Translations under genes and position numbers: made by a program | Shown here: positions 45,951-55,735 of the stretch, in pieces | Layout: each line of letters starts with the position of its first letter | How positions within the stretch are numbered: position 1 is the first letter of the stretch | The notes under the pieces: generated by a model | What the model was told of the DNA's origin: nothing | The model's input: the letters and a program-made list of their open reading frames with translations, nothing else | Database searches by the model: none | From: an uncultured Bacteroidota bacterium | GTDB lineage: Bacteria; Bacteroidota; Rhodothermia; Rhodothermales; Salinibacteraceae | Assembly: GCA_913055845.1 (NCBI GenBank) | Contig: CAJXKO010000008.1 | Span: forward strand, 2,881 to 66,880 | DNA: 64,000 nt | Direction: 5' to 3'

Positions 45951-46913
45951 CTACTGGCCGTCCACGAAAAAGGGACACTCGTCCTCACTGGGCGGGCACT
46001 GGACGGAGACGCGCTGGGTGGCGCGCACGTAGCTCGCAAAGACGCCGGTGCCGCCCTCCACGTGCTCGATGATGTTGGGAATCTCGCCCGGCCCTAGGCC
46101 GCCCCCCGGCCCGCCGGGCGATTGGGTCTGCTGCGACCGAATGAGGTCGTAGAGGTTGTCGTCAATAACGTGCACGGCGGACTCGTTCGGGCCGTAGAAG
46201 GCCACAGAGATCCACGGCAGTTCGGTCGTGATGCGTCCCTGCGCGTCGCGGCTGAAGTTAGCCTCATTGAGCACACCCGAGGAAGTGGTGCGGTACGTGT
46301 CGAGGCTGTCCTCCGCCGGGTCGTAGTCGTCCTCGTAGAACGGCGTGAGGCCCTCTCGGAGTTGTGATTCGGGGCGCCCAAAGTCGAGTAGAGAGGTGGT
46401 GGTGAGCACGAGTACAGACTGCTGCTGACGGGCACTCTCGGGCGGAGTGATCGTGAAGGCGGGCTTCGTAGGGGCCTGGTACACCGCGGTCGTGGTTTCG
46501 GCCTTCACGATCGAGATGGTGTCCGGGACGGTGGTAGTGGCTGTGACCTCCGTCCCGTCGGGGGTGATCACCGCCAGTTCGTAGGTCGTGAGGGGGCGGA
46601 TCGTCGGGGGCGGGCTCGGGGCCGGCTCGTAAACGCCGGGGGCCGTCTCGGTCAGCGACGTGGTTTCGACCGTCGATCCGTCGTCGGACAGGCGCCGGAT
46701 CGTCACCGATGCGTCCCGTATGGCGGCCTCGCTGGGGCGATAGGTGCCGTCCGTTTCCACACTCCGGGTGAGGCGGACTGCGTTCATCGGGGCATCGCCC
46801 TGGAGGTATGCCTCCACGACGATCTGCGATTCGGGCTGGGTCGCAGTCGTGTCGCAGCCAACGAGGAGGGGCGCCGAAAGGAGCAAGAGTGCGAGGAGGA
46901 GACGGCGGTACAT
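45951..46913 (-). CDS. Lipoprotein, DUF4249-like partner of the upstream TonB-dependent receptor
   Basis: 320 aa. MYRRLLLALLLLSAPLLVGC lipobox. Lies immediately downstream of a CarboxypepD_reg-type TonB-dependent receptor, the usual Bacteroidota arrangement. Family name is tentative. Confidence 0.55.
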   Translation of the reverse strand: MYRRLLLALLLLSAPLLVGCDTTATQPESQIVVEAYLQGDAPMNAVRLTRSVETDGTYRPSEAAIRDASVTIRRLSDDGSTVETTSLTETAPGVYEPAPSPPPTIRPLTTYELAVITPDGTEVTATTTVPDTISIVKAETTTAVYQAPTKPAFTITPPESARQQQSVLVLTTTSLLDFGRPESQLREGLTPFYEDDYDPAEDSLDTYRTTSSGVLNEANFSRDAQGRITTELPWISVAFYGPNESAVHVIDDNLYDLIRSQQTQSPGGPGGGLGPGEIPNIIEHVEGGTGVFASYVRATQRVSVQCPPSEDECPFFVDGQ

Positions 46914-46967
46914 AAACGTTCGGAGTGGTGGGAGGCGACACGGAGCGTCGGGACGGCGGCGCGGGGG

Positions 46968-49277
46968 TCAGAACGTGAGGGAGAACGATACATTGGGCAC
47001 CGGAATCGGGATCTGGGGCGTCTCGTCGCGGTCGAGCGTGCCGTCCGGCTCGCTCTCGAACTGGTAAAACCAGATGTTGCGCCGCGAATAGGCGTTGATG
47101 GCCTGGAGTTGCAGTTCGTACTCGGCAATTCCGAAGAACTGGCCCGTGCGGGCCACTCCCACGTCGAGCCGGTGGTAGGGGGGGAGGCGCGCGTTGTTGA
47201 AGGGGCTCACGAGCACGTTCTCCGAGTCGCCTACGCCGGGGCTGAACGAGAAGGGGCTGTCCACCAGTTCATAGCGCTGGGTGGGGGCGGTGTAGGACTG
47301 GCCGCTGGCGTAGTTGAAGGTGCTTGAGACGCGCCATTGGTCGGTGAGGTGGTAGTTTACCGCAAGCGTGAGGGTGTGCGTACGGTCGTAATTGGGCGGG
47401 TAGTACTGCGGAGTACCGGTTTCGGACTCGTTGATGTTGGGGAAGCGTCGCTCGGTACGGCCGAGGGTGTAGCTGAGGAAGCCGTTGAGGCGGCCCTGTG
47501 GCCGCCGGAGCAGGACCTCCATGCCGTAGGCCCGTCCGTCGCCCACGTGGAAGCGGTCGGGGTAGGGCACGCCCGCCGCATCGGGCAAAAACGGGTCGAG
47601 TTCGAACAGGTCGTGCATGGTACGGGCGTACCCCTCCACCTCCAGTTGCCATGCGTTGCCCAGTTGGGCATTGACGCCTAGTGCAAACTGATCGCCCGAG
47701 GACGGGGGCAGGCCCGCGTCGGCCATCAGCCACGTGTCGAACGCTGTAAAGAGCTGGCTCGTCTCCAGCGTCAGAAACTGGTGGTAGCGCCCGTAGGCGG
47801 CCTGCAACTGGACCGACGGGGTGAGGTCGTGGGTCACCGACAGGCGCGGGGCGAGCCGCACGTAGCTGCCCTCCGAGAAGTAGCTGGCCCGCAGCCCGCC
47901 CCGGAGCTCCCAGTCCGACGCGGGCGTGTAGGTGTCCTTCAGGTACAGGGCCAGCTGCTCGCCCTGCAGGCGCTGGTCGAAGGTCGTATCCTCGTCGAAC
48001 GTGTTGCGGAGCCGAAAGGCGAGCCGGCTGGCATGCAGGCCGGCCTCTACGGTGTGCGCCTCGCCGGGCACGTATTCCAGGTCGGCCTTCAGCGATACGT
48101 CGCTCACCTCGTTGGTCTGCGTGAACCGCGTGCCCCCAAGCTCGAACACTGGCGTGCTCTCGTAGCGCGAGCCCGCCACCAGGAGGGTCGAAAAGAGCTG
48201 ATCGGAAAACAAATGCGTCCACTCGGCGCTCGCCGTGCGGTTGCCGTAGTCCACGTCGAACTCCTGCGCGGGACCGGGGGTCAGGAAGAGCTGGTCCTGT
48301 CCGCCGTACACGGCCAGCGAAAGGTCGTCGTTTGGGCCCGGGCTGTAGTTGATCGTTGCGTTGACGTCGTAGAAGTAGAAGGTTTCGGGGAGGCCGTCCA
48401 CGTCGTCGAGCACCGCGAGGAGCGGCTCCAGGGTGGACCGCCGCACGGAGACCATGTAGGAGCCGGCCGGCGGGCCGTTGCCGCCGGTGCCGTAAGGGCC
48501 CTCGATGTAGCCGCGGGTGGCCAGAGTGCCCAGACTGAAGCCCCCCGTGGTTTCGCGCCGGTTTCCATCTTTGTTGTAGATGTCGACTACGCTCCCGAGC
48601 CGCCCCCCATATTCGGCCGGGTAGGTCCCCTTGTAGAGCTGTACGTCCTTGATGGCGTCGGGGTTGAAGGTGGAGAAGAAGCCGAAAAAGTGGGTGGGGT
48701 TGTAGACGGTCGTGCGGTCGAGCTGGATCAGGGTCTGGGCCGGGCCGCCGCCGCGGATGTAGAGGTTGCTGGAGTAGTCCGACGCCGTGGTCACGCCGGG
48801 CAACAGGGCGAGGGAGCGGAAGACATCGGGGGTGAGGACCGACGGCAGCTGAGTGATGGTGGCGGTCTGCAGTTTGTCGACCCCAACGCGCCGGTCGTCC
48901 TGGTTGTCGCGGTCGCCGGTTACCACCACCTCGTCGGTCTGCAGGCCGGTGGGCACGAGTTCCACGTCGAGGCGCTTTGTCTCCCCGGCGGCCAGGGTCA
49001 CCGTCTCCGTGTGCGTCTGGTAGCCGAGGTAAGAGACCGCGACCGTGTAGGTGCCGGGGGCTAGGTCGCGGAGCGTGTAGTACCCTTCGTTGTTGGTGGC
49101 GGCGCCCCGGCCCGTGCCCTGCACGAGGACGTTGGCCTGGAGGAGCGTCTCACCCGTTTCGGCGTCGCGCACGTAGCCGTTGAGGGCCGCTGGCTCTTGC
49201 GCCGCGGCGGGCGGGGCCGCAAGCAACAGGAGGGCGGTACAAAGGCCCGCAAAAAGAGAGGCGCAACGGGTGCGCAT
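46968..49277 (-). CDS. TonB-dependent receptor with N-terminal carboxypeptidase-regulatory-like domain
   Basis: 769 aa with a signal peptide. NGYVRDAETGETLLQANVLVQGTGRGAATNNEGYYTLRDLAPGTYTVAVSYLGY (CarboxypepD_reg). Plug region (VVVTGDR...IRGGG) and a beta-barrel ending ...VSFSLTF. Confidence 0.85.
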   Translation of the reverse strand: MRTRCASLFAGLCTALLLLAAPPAAAQEPAALNGYVRDAETGETLLQANVLVQGTGRGAATNNEGYYTLRDLAPGTYTVAVSYLGYQTHTETVTLAAGETKRLDVELVPTGLQTDEVVVTGDRDNQDDRRVGVDKLQTATITQLPSVLTPDVFRSLALLPGVTTASDYSSNLYIRGGGPAQTLIQLDRTTVYNPTHFFGFFSTFNPDAIKDVQLYKGTYPAEYGGRLGSVVDIYNKDGNRRETTGGFSLGTLATRGYIEGPYGTGGNGPPAGSYMVSVRRSTLEPLLAVLDDVDGLPETFYFYDVNATINYSPGPNDDLSLAVYGGQDQLFLTPGPAQEFDVDYGNRTASAEWTHLFSDQLFSTLLVAGSRYESTPVFELGGTRFTQTNEVSDVSLKADLEYVPGEAHTVEAGLHASRLAFRLRNTFDEDTTFDQRLQGEQLALYLKDTYTPASDWELRGGLRASYFSEGSYVRLAPRLSVTHDLTPSVQLQAAYGRYHQFLTLETSQLFTAFDTWLMADAGLPPSSGDQFALGVNAQLGNAWQLEVEGYARTMHDLFELDPFLPDAAGVPYPDRFHVGDGRAYGMEVLLRRPQGRLNGFLSYTLGRTERRFPNINESETGTPQYYPPNYDRTHTLTLAVNYHLTDQWRVSSTFNYASGQSYTAPTQRYELVDSPFSFSPGVGDSENVLVSPFNNARLPPYHRLDVGVARTGQFFGIAEYELQLQAINAYSRRNIWFYQFESEPDGTLDRDETPQIPIPVPNVSFSLTF

Positions 49278-49535
49278 GGGGACAGGCGAGACGGCGAGCA
49301 GAACGGCGAGCGCGACGGACCAGTGGGGAAGACGAGGATCTGCGGGGCATTCTGGGCGTGCTGCCCCTACGAATCGGGCCCATTGGCATCCTCGCCCAGG
49401 ATGTACGGCGACCCACCGGGGCTTGGTTGCGCCTCGGTGTTTCGTTTCTGCAAACCACCGTCCCTACGCGAACGGGGCCACCGTGTGCCCACGGTCGCCC
49501 CGTCACGGGAGTTGTTCGTATGTTGGAGGACGCAG

Positions 49536-49877
49536 TTAGGCCGCCTCGCCGGCCAGCGGAAGGTCCGCCCGTCGCCATCCGGTGTAGCCGGCTTCGAAGT
49601 CATATACGTTCGTGTAGCCCATCTCCTCAAGTGCCTGCGCCGCCGCAGGGGAGGCCTCGCAGTCGCCGTTGGCGCAGTACACCACGAGGGGGGCGTCCTT
49701 GTTGGGCACCAGCGACTCGACCTGCTCAATGTCGTCAACCGGGATGTTGATGGAGCCCGGGATGTGCTTTGACTTGTGGGCGCTTCGCGGCAGCGTATTG
49801 ATGAGGATGGGTGGATGCTCGCTTTCGAGCGCGTCCTTGAGGTCGGTGGCAGAGATCGTCGTCAGGGTATTAGGCAT
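49536..49877 (-). CDS. Single-domain rhodanese-like sulfurtransferase
   Basis: 113 aa. ILINTLPRSAHKSKHIPGSINIP, active-site loop VVYCANGDCEAS. Confidence 0.8.
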   Translation of the reverse strand: MPNTLTTISATDLKDALESEHPPILINTLPRSAHKSKHIPGSINIPVDDIEQVESLVPNKDAPLVVYCANGDCEASPAAAQALEEMGYTNVYDFEAGYTGWRRADLPLAGEAA

Positions 49878-50088
49878 GGGAAAGCGGAATGGTTATAGTG
49901 CACGAAATCTCACCTGGACAAGGGCCTGTCGGCAAACAGGATGTCCGAACGCGAGATTCTCTGTGAGGCGTCGCTCCGGAGGTGTTACGCGAGTTCAAGA
50001 ATTTTCTGGTTCACGGACTGGATCCGCGAAAGAGTGCATTCGTTGGGCGCCGCCTGATGGTTTCTTTTGCTCACCCTTCCCCCACCCT

Positions 50089-52005
50089 ATGACACGAGCG
50101 TACTCACTTCTCCTGTGCGTGCTTGTTCTGTTGGCGGCATCCCCGGGCCAGGCCCAGGACACGTCCGACGTGGCGTTCCGCGTGCAAATGCCCGACAGTG
50201 TAGTCGTGACGGCCTCCCGGACGGCCGACCCCGCCCAAACCACTGGCCGTCGTGTAAGCGTCTACACCCGACAAGATATCGAGGCCCTCTCGGTCAACTC
50301 CATCGACCAACTGCTCGACGTGGTGGGAGGGCTCGATGTCCAGAGCCGCGGCGGGTTTGGTGTGCAGAGCGACCTCAAAATGCGCGGTTCCACCTTCAAT
50401 GGGGTCCTCCTGCTCCTGGACGGCGCCCGCATTAACGACCCGTACACGGGCCACTTTCTGATGGACCTGCCGGTCCCGCTCTCTGAAATTGCGCGCGTGG
50501 AGGTGCTGCACGGCCCCGCCACTGCCCTCTACGGCCCCGACGCCCTAGGCGGGGTCGTGCACCTCATCACCAAGACGGCCCTGCGCAGCGGTCGGATGTC
50601 CGGGGCCGGTCTTAGGGCCCGCGCCGACGGGCGCTACGGCACGAACGACTTCTATGACGCGAGCGTGGCGGCCCGGTCGGTGGGCACGCGCACCACCGTA
50701 AGCGCGGCGGCATCGGTACAGGGGAGTGACGGCCAGACGGTCCCGGCGGCCGAGCCCCCGGAAGGGGCCAACCTCTCCAGCATCATCCAGACTGACTTTG
50801 ATCGCCGTGTGGCCACTGCCGCGGTGGCCCGCGATCTGGGCGGGGCCAATTTGTATGCCCGGGCCGGCGTGGACGACCGCGAGTTCGGCGCCTACCATTT
50901 CTACACGGACTTTAGCACCGATCGTGCTCGGGAGGCCACCTCCACGTTCTGGGTACAGAGCCGCCTGTCGAGCACGGGGGAGACGGACACGCCCTGGCAG
51001 GTCCAACTCTTCGGCAAGCAGCACCGCGACCGATACACCTACAATCCGGCTGTGGGGGCGAACCGCCATATCAGTCGCCGGCTGCGAGTGCAGGGACAGG
51101 CCTCTCACACATGGGGAACCCTGCGCGTGACGGGGGGCGCCTCCGGCGGACTCCGTGGGCTCGACAGCAACCGGGACGGTGTCCGCAGCGATCCGTCGAT
51201 GGGGACGTTTGCGAACCTGCGATGGCAGGCCACCCCGCGCCTTACGATAAACCAGAGCACTCGGCTCAGCTACGATTCCGTCTACGGCCTGGAGCCGACG
51301 CCGCAGCTTTACGTCGCCTACGACCTGGGCGCGGCTACGCTCCGGGGTGGCGGTGGGCGCGTGGTGCGGGCACCCAACTACGTGGAGCGCTTCATTGACT
51401 CCCCCACCAACCAGGGCAATCCGGATCTCGACGCCGAAACGGCCTGGTCGGCCGAGGCAGGAGCCGACGTGCGTCTGCCGGCGAACCTGTCGCTGTCGAT
51501 TACCGGGTTCCACCGCACCACCGACAGTGCCATCGATTACCTGCGGCAAGAGAGTGTGTTTGTGGCCCGCAACCTGGACCGCACCACCACGACCGGGCTT
51601 GAAACAGAGCTGTCGGTCGACCGGCGCCTCGGCGCGGTCGGGCTGACCCTGAACGCGGCCTACACGCTTCTGGACGCCACCCTGGACGCTGCGCAGTCGG
51701 CCGACGCCTACAAGTACGGCCTCAACAGCGCCCGTCATCACCTGCAGGGCAGTGCCTCGTTGAGTGCAGGCTCTGTGACGCTGGGCCTGCAGGGTACGTG
51801 GCGAGACCGGCTTCGCGATGCGGCGTTGGCGACCGACCGCTACGGGGTGGTGCACGGACGCCTGGCCTACGATACGCGCCTCTCCGGCGCCCGCACGACA
51901 CTGTCGGTAGAGCTGCGCAATGCCTTTGACCGCCGGTACACCGAAATCTTCGACGCCCCGATGCCGGGGCGCACGCTGCTGGTGGGCGCCTCCGTGCAGC
52001 TGTAG
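50089..52005 (+). CDS. TonB-dependent receptor (small BtuB/CirA size class)
   Basis: ORF 49669..52005. Start is ATG 50089 (MTRAYSLLLCVLVLLAASPGQAQ signal peptide). TonB-box-like DSVVVTASR. Plug (IEALSVNSIDQLLDVVGGLDVQSRGGFGVQSDLKMRGSTFNGVLLLLDGARINDP). The barrel ends ...LLVGASVQL. Confidence 0.85.
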   Translation: MTRAYSLLLCVLVLLAASPGQAQDTSDVAFRVQMPDSVVVTASRTADPAQTTGRRVSVYTRQDIEALSVNSIDQLLDVVGGLDVQSRGGFGVQSDLKMRGSTFNGVLLLLDGARINDPYTGHFLMDLPVPLSEIARVEVLHGPATALYGPDALGGVVHLITKTALRSGRMSGAGLRARADGRYGTNDFYDASVAARSVGTRTTVSAAASVQGSDGQTVPAAEPPEGANLSSIIQTDFDRRVATAAVARDLGGANLYARAGVDDREFGAYHFYTDFSTDRAREATSTFWVQSRLSSTGETDTPWQVQLFGKQHRDRYTYNPAVGANRHISRRLRVQGQASHTWGTLRVTGGASGGLRGLDSNRDGVRSDPSMGTFANLRWQATPRLTINQSTRLSYDSVYGLEPTPQLYVAYDLGAATLRGGGGRVVRAPNYVERFIDSPTNQGNPDLDAETAWSAEAGADVRLPANLSLSITGFHRTTDSAIDYLRQESVFVARNLDRTTTTGLETELSVDRRLGAVGLTLNAAYTLLDATLDAAQSADAYKYGLNSARHHLQGSASLSAGSVTLGLQGTWRDRLRDAALATDRYGVVHGRLAYDTRLSGARTTLSVELRNAFDRRYTEIFDAPMPGRTLLVGASVQL

Positions 52006-52024
52006 GCGGCGCGTGGGCCGGGGG

Positions 52025-52666
52025 TTACAGTTCGGTGAGCAGCAGCAGGCCAAGGAGGCCCAGGACAAAAGGAAAGGTGCCGTTCGCGTCGGGGACCGTT
52101 CCGCGCACGGCAGTGCTGGGCAGCGCCCCGGCGGGGCTCGCCGAGGTGCCTTTTCCCGTCGTTGGGGCGTCGTCGGGGGGCGTGCGCAGGGTCCCCTGCG
52201 TCTGGGCGCGCGACAGAATCACACTCCGCAGCGCCTCGACCCGCGCCAGTGTCGGGATCTGCTCGATTGGGAGCCGTCCCGACACCACGCGTCCGGCGAC
52301 TGCCGCGTTCCTGAGGCCGATTGCCTCCAGGGCCGTGCGCAGCTGTGCCCCCTCCGCCATCGCAATGGCATCGATCGTGACGTGGCCGTCCGCCACGCGG
52401 GCACGAGCGACGCTGGGCGAGAAGGTCCCGCCGTCGCGCGCCTGGAAGGCCCGGTATTCATGGTACAGCACCAGAAGATCGAGCCCCGCCTTGGCCAGGG
52501 GGCCGTCTTTGCCCTGTAGGTCGAGGCCATGGAAGTCCTTCAGCGCCTCGGTTCGGAGGCTATCGGAGGGGGGCTGTGCCGCGGCTGACGAAGGGGCGAG
52601 TACGTTCCCTAGGCAGAGGGCGAGGCCGCCCAGAATGAGCGGGGCGATCGACGACGCGTGGGGCAT
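52025..52666 (-). CDS. Secreted paralog of the N-terminal domain of the adjacent S8 peptidase, with C-terminal hydrophobic tail
   Basis: 213 aa with a signal peptide (MPHASSIAPLILGGLALCLGNVLAPSSAAAQ). GKDGPLAKAGLDLLVLYHEY and VTIDAIAMAEGAQLRTALEAIGLRNAAVAGRVVSGRLPIEQIPTLARVEALRSV align by eye with residues of ORF 52702..55302. Ends GTFPFVLGLLGLLLLTEL. Confidence 0.6.
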   Translation of the reverse strand: MPHASSIAPLILGGLALCLGNVLAPSSAAAQPPSDSLRTEALKDFHGLDLQGKDGPLAKAGLDLLVLYHEYRAFQARDGGTFSPSVARARVADGHVTIDAIAMAEGAQLRTALEAIGLRNAAVAGRVVSGRLPIEQIPTLARVEALRSVILSRAQTQGTLRTPPDDAPTTGKGTSASPAGALPSTAVRGTVPDANGTFPFVLGLLGLLLLTEL

Positions 52667-52701
52667 GGTGGCGTGGGATTGGGGCGGAAGAAACGCAACG
52701 G

Positions 52702-55302
52702 TTACCGGACGCGAACGAATTTACGAGTAGTGGCAAAGGTCTCTCCCTCAACGCGGAGGAAGTATACGCCGCTCTGCAGTCCGCGCCCCACCGTCAGGAG
52801 GGTCGGGTCGTTGGCCGGCAGGGGGCCACTGTGGAGACGCGCCACCCGTCGGCCGAGCACGTCGTAGATGCCGACACGCACGTCCTGGGCCTCTTGTACG
52901 GTAATGGACACTGTGCTATTGTCCGAGACGGGATTCGGGGACACAGGAGAGAGGCTGTAGGTGCTCGAAAGCGACCGCTGGACGGTGACCTCTGTGCTGT
53001 ACGTGGCTGAGCCGTCGAGGTCGTCCTGTCGGAGCCGAAAGGTGTGCTGACCGGGCGCCAGGGCCTTGGTCCGGTAGCGGTACGTCTGGGGCTCGTCGGT
53101 CGTGCCCGCGCCGTCTTTGTAGCCGATCGATTCGAAGGCCGCGTCGCCCCGCCTGTGCTCAATGGCGAATCCGGCGTTGTTGCTTTCCTGGGCCGTCGTC
53201 CAGGTGAGTACGGCCTTCTCGCCGCTCAGTGCGACCGCGAACCCGGACAGCTCTACGGGCAGGGCCGCCGGGGCAGCTTGCACGAAGCCGTGGCCGCTCC
53301 AGGGATCCACGCCCGTGCCGGTGGAATCGAGGTCATCGGAGATCGTCCCATTTTCCGTTTGTTGCCGGAGGCGGACATCCACCGCGGCCGCCTCCAGTTG
53401 GCCGTACGTATCCGCCGGCGCGAAGCCTGGATTGAGCTCTTGAATGAGGCCCGCGATGGCCGCCACGTTGGGGGCCGCCGCCGAGGTGCCGAAGAAGTTG
53501 GGGTGCGGGTCGTTGTCGTAGACGTCGATGTCGGTCCCGAAAAACGTATTGTCGACCGCGTCGGTACCCGTCACGTCGGGCTTGCCGCGGTCTTCCGGGG
53601 ACGGAATCGGGGCGCCCGTTTCGTCGAATCGGATCTTAATCCCGCCCTTCGAAGAAAAGAAATCGAGGACGGCGGAGGAGACGTTCGGATTGTATTCACT
53701 GGTATTGAAAAAGGGCGCCGCGGCCACGGCCATCGCGCCATTGGCCATCGGGTGGCCGTAGATTGTGGGGCCGTGCGTGTCGTACTCCTCGATGTCGTAG
53801 CTTGTCCCAGAGTGGACGTACTTTACTTGGTCGGGGGTGGGCCCCGCGGCCTTTTCGACGACGAGGTGGAAGGTAGAGTCTGGGGTGCCGTCCTGGTTGG
53901 TGTCGATGTTGCCGAGGTTGGTGTGCTCCACGACCCCCTCCACGGGCACGCCCGTTCCGTCCGCGTCGCTGTTCTGGGCAGACTGGGCGACAATGCCGAG
54001 TGTGTCGTTCACGAGAGCCACGTCGAGGTCCGTGTCCGCCGGGAGCGACCCGTCGACCAGCGCGGAGGGGTCGGTCCACTGCAGCGTGAAGATGCGGAAG
54101 GTGCCCCCCAGCCGGATCGTGATCCGTTGCAGCGTGTCGACGGTGCTGCCCGCGTCGAAATCGTGCGCCACGGCACTGTCGCTGAGCACGCCCTGTTGCC
54201 CCGAGTCGCGGAAGGGGGCCTCGTAGGAGTTTTGGCCGTCGTTACCGGCGGAGGAGAAATACGGAATGCCCTCGTTCACCACACTGTCGACGACGGTCGT
54301 AACGGGGCCGTCCTGGTAGAACGGCTCGATGTTGTACCGCACATCGTCGACGAGCACTGTGCATCCGGCATCGGCCAGGTCGCGAATGCCCTGGACGAAG
54401 GTGGCAAGGCCGCCGAAGGCAGTGTGGAAGCCGAGCTCGGCGCCGGGGGCAATGTCGTGGATGAGTTGCAGCATGGCCCGTCCCTCGTCGGTGGGCGCGG
54501 GGGTGCTCCCCGTGTAGTCCGCCAGCACGTCGACGGGGGTGGTGCGGCCCGCCGGGTTGCCACTTCCCGGCAGGTCGCCTGACGCAACGTCGTCCGCCGC
54601 GCTGGTGGACGCCCCATCGTCCTGGTCGTAACTGTCTGAAAGGGCACAGATTTTTTGGCCGTTCCCGTCGACGCCGAGCTCGGACCGTCCCTCGAACGCG
54701 TGGTGGGCAGTGTCGGCCTCCGACCCGACGCTCCCGACGTGGGTCCGGGCGTAGGCCAGCATCATGCCCCGAAGCGACCGGAGCTGGGCGGCATCTCTGA
54801 GGGCCGCGATGGGGAGTTGCCCGGACACCACCGGGCCGGTGGTTGCGCCATTCCGTAGCCCGAGGCGGCGAAGATCGGCCTGCAGCGATTGGCCCTCAAC
54901 CCGGAGGGCATGAACAGCTACAAATTCGCCGTTGTGCGAGACCGGCGAATGGTATTGAGGCCCCGAGGCGCGGTCGTGACGGCCCGCGTCGCCAAACAGG
55001 TGGCGCACCCCGGCGTTCCCCTTCGCCGCGTGCTGGTAGTAGAGCGTGGCGAGGGTGCGGCCCACTCGGGCCATCGGGCCGTCTTTGCCGCGCCGGTCGG
55101 CCCCCCGAAAGGCCCGTTCGGCCCGGGCTTGCACCGCCGGGGCGGCGCCCCGAACCGACGGCGCGAGGCGCTCTATGGGCGACGAGAGCGTGGCACCGGG
55201 AGGGGCCGGTTGCTGAGCGGCCGCGGGGCCGGCCCCCCACAAAGACAGTCCCCCGAGGGCGGACGCGACCAGGAGGGAAGAGAACAAGGAAGCGATGCGC
55301 AC
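52702..55302 (-). CDS. Subtilase-fold (S8-type) serine peptidase with N-terminal pro-like domain and T9SS C-terminal sorting domain
   Basis: 866 aa with a signal peptide. FFGTSAAAPNVAAIAGLI serine motif, FSSAGNDGQNS oxyanion-Asn region, ICALSDSYD Asp region. C-terminal ...VRVGIYDVLGRRVARLHSG...LQSGVYFLRVEGETFATTRKFVRVR is a Por/T9SS CTD pattern. Confidence 0.75.
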   Translation of the reverse strand: MRIASLFSSLLVASALGGLSLWGAGPAAAQQPAPPGATLSSPIERLAPSVRGAAPAVQARAERAFRGADRRGKDGPMARVGRTLATLYYQHAAKGNAGVRHLFGDAGRHDRASGPQYHSPVSHNGEFVAVHALRVEGQSLQADLRRLGLRNGATTGPVVSGQLPIAALRDAAQLRSLRGMMLAYARTHVGSVGSEADTAHHAFEGRSELGVDGNGQKICALSDSYDQDDGASTSAADDVASGDLPGSGNPAGRTTPVDVLADYTGSTPAPTDEGRAMLQLIHDIAPGAELGFHTAFGGLATFVQGIRDLADAGCTVLVDDVRYNIEPFYQDGPVTTVVDSVVNEGIPYFSSAGNDGQNSYEAPFRDSGQQGVLSDSAVAHDFDAGSTVDTLQRITIRLGGTFRIFTLQWTDPSALVDGSLPADTDLDVALVNDTLGIVAQSAQNSDADGTGVPVEGVVEHTNLGNIDTNQDGTPDSTFHLVVEKAAGPTPDQVKYVHSGTSYDIEEYDTHGPTIYGHPMANGAMAVAAAPFFNTSEYNPNVSSAVLDFFSSKGGIKIRFDETGAPIPSPEDRGKPDVTGTDAVDNTFFGTDIDVYDNDPHPNFFGTSAAAPNVAAIAGLIQELNPGFAPADTYGQLEAAAVDVRLRQQTENGTISDDLDSTGTGVDPWSGHGFVQAAPAALPVELSGFAVALSGEKAVLTWTTAQESNNAGFAIEHRRGDAAFESIGYKDGAGTTDEPQTYRYRTKALAPGQHTFRLRQDDLDGSATYSTEVTVQRSLSSTYSLSPVSPNPVSDNSTVSITVQEAQDVRVGIYDVLGRRVARLHSGPLPANDPTLLTVGRGLQSGVYFLRVEGETFATTRKFVRVR

Positions 55303-55735
55303 GACGGTCTGGGCAATGAGGAAGGAGTCTTGTGCCGGCCAGCCCCCAGTGAGTCAGATTAGCAAGACCAACGCTCGTGGTCTCGGCGCACTGGTCCCGT
55401 CAGGGGCTCCGGTGTAGAGGGCATGGAGACATGAGTGTGAGCAGGAATCACGCCAGCTGATCGTTGAGGGTCGGAGCGGTGAGTACAGTTGGAAATGGGT
55501 ACAATCAACAACCCCACTGAATGACAAAATGGAAACTGGGCGGAGGCCGGTTCCGCCGCCTGATGGGGGCGGCCGAAAGGTGGGGATCATAGCCCCTTCG
55601 TGCGCTTAGAGCCAAGAAGGGGCCCTCTCATCCCCGAACCGCCCGGCATCGAATAGAGGGAGCGACGGGGACAGAAGGTGCGGACTGAGTCCCCGACTTT
55701 CATCGTCACATTCCGTCACAGCCTGCTTCGGTCTC

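Noticed and set aside
49878-50088. Possible cobalamin or TPP riboswitch in the 210-nt leader of the BtuB-sized TonB-dependent receptor.
   Set aside because: I could not find a B12 box (AGYCMGGAGACCKGCC-like) or a THI-box (CTGAGA...ACCTGA) by eye. An Infernal scan would be needed to be sure.
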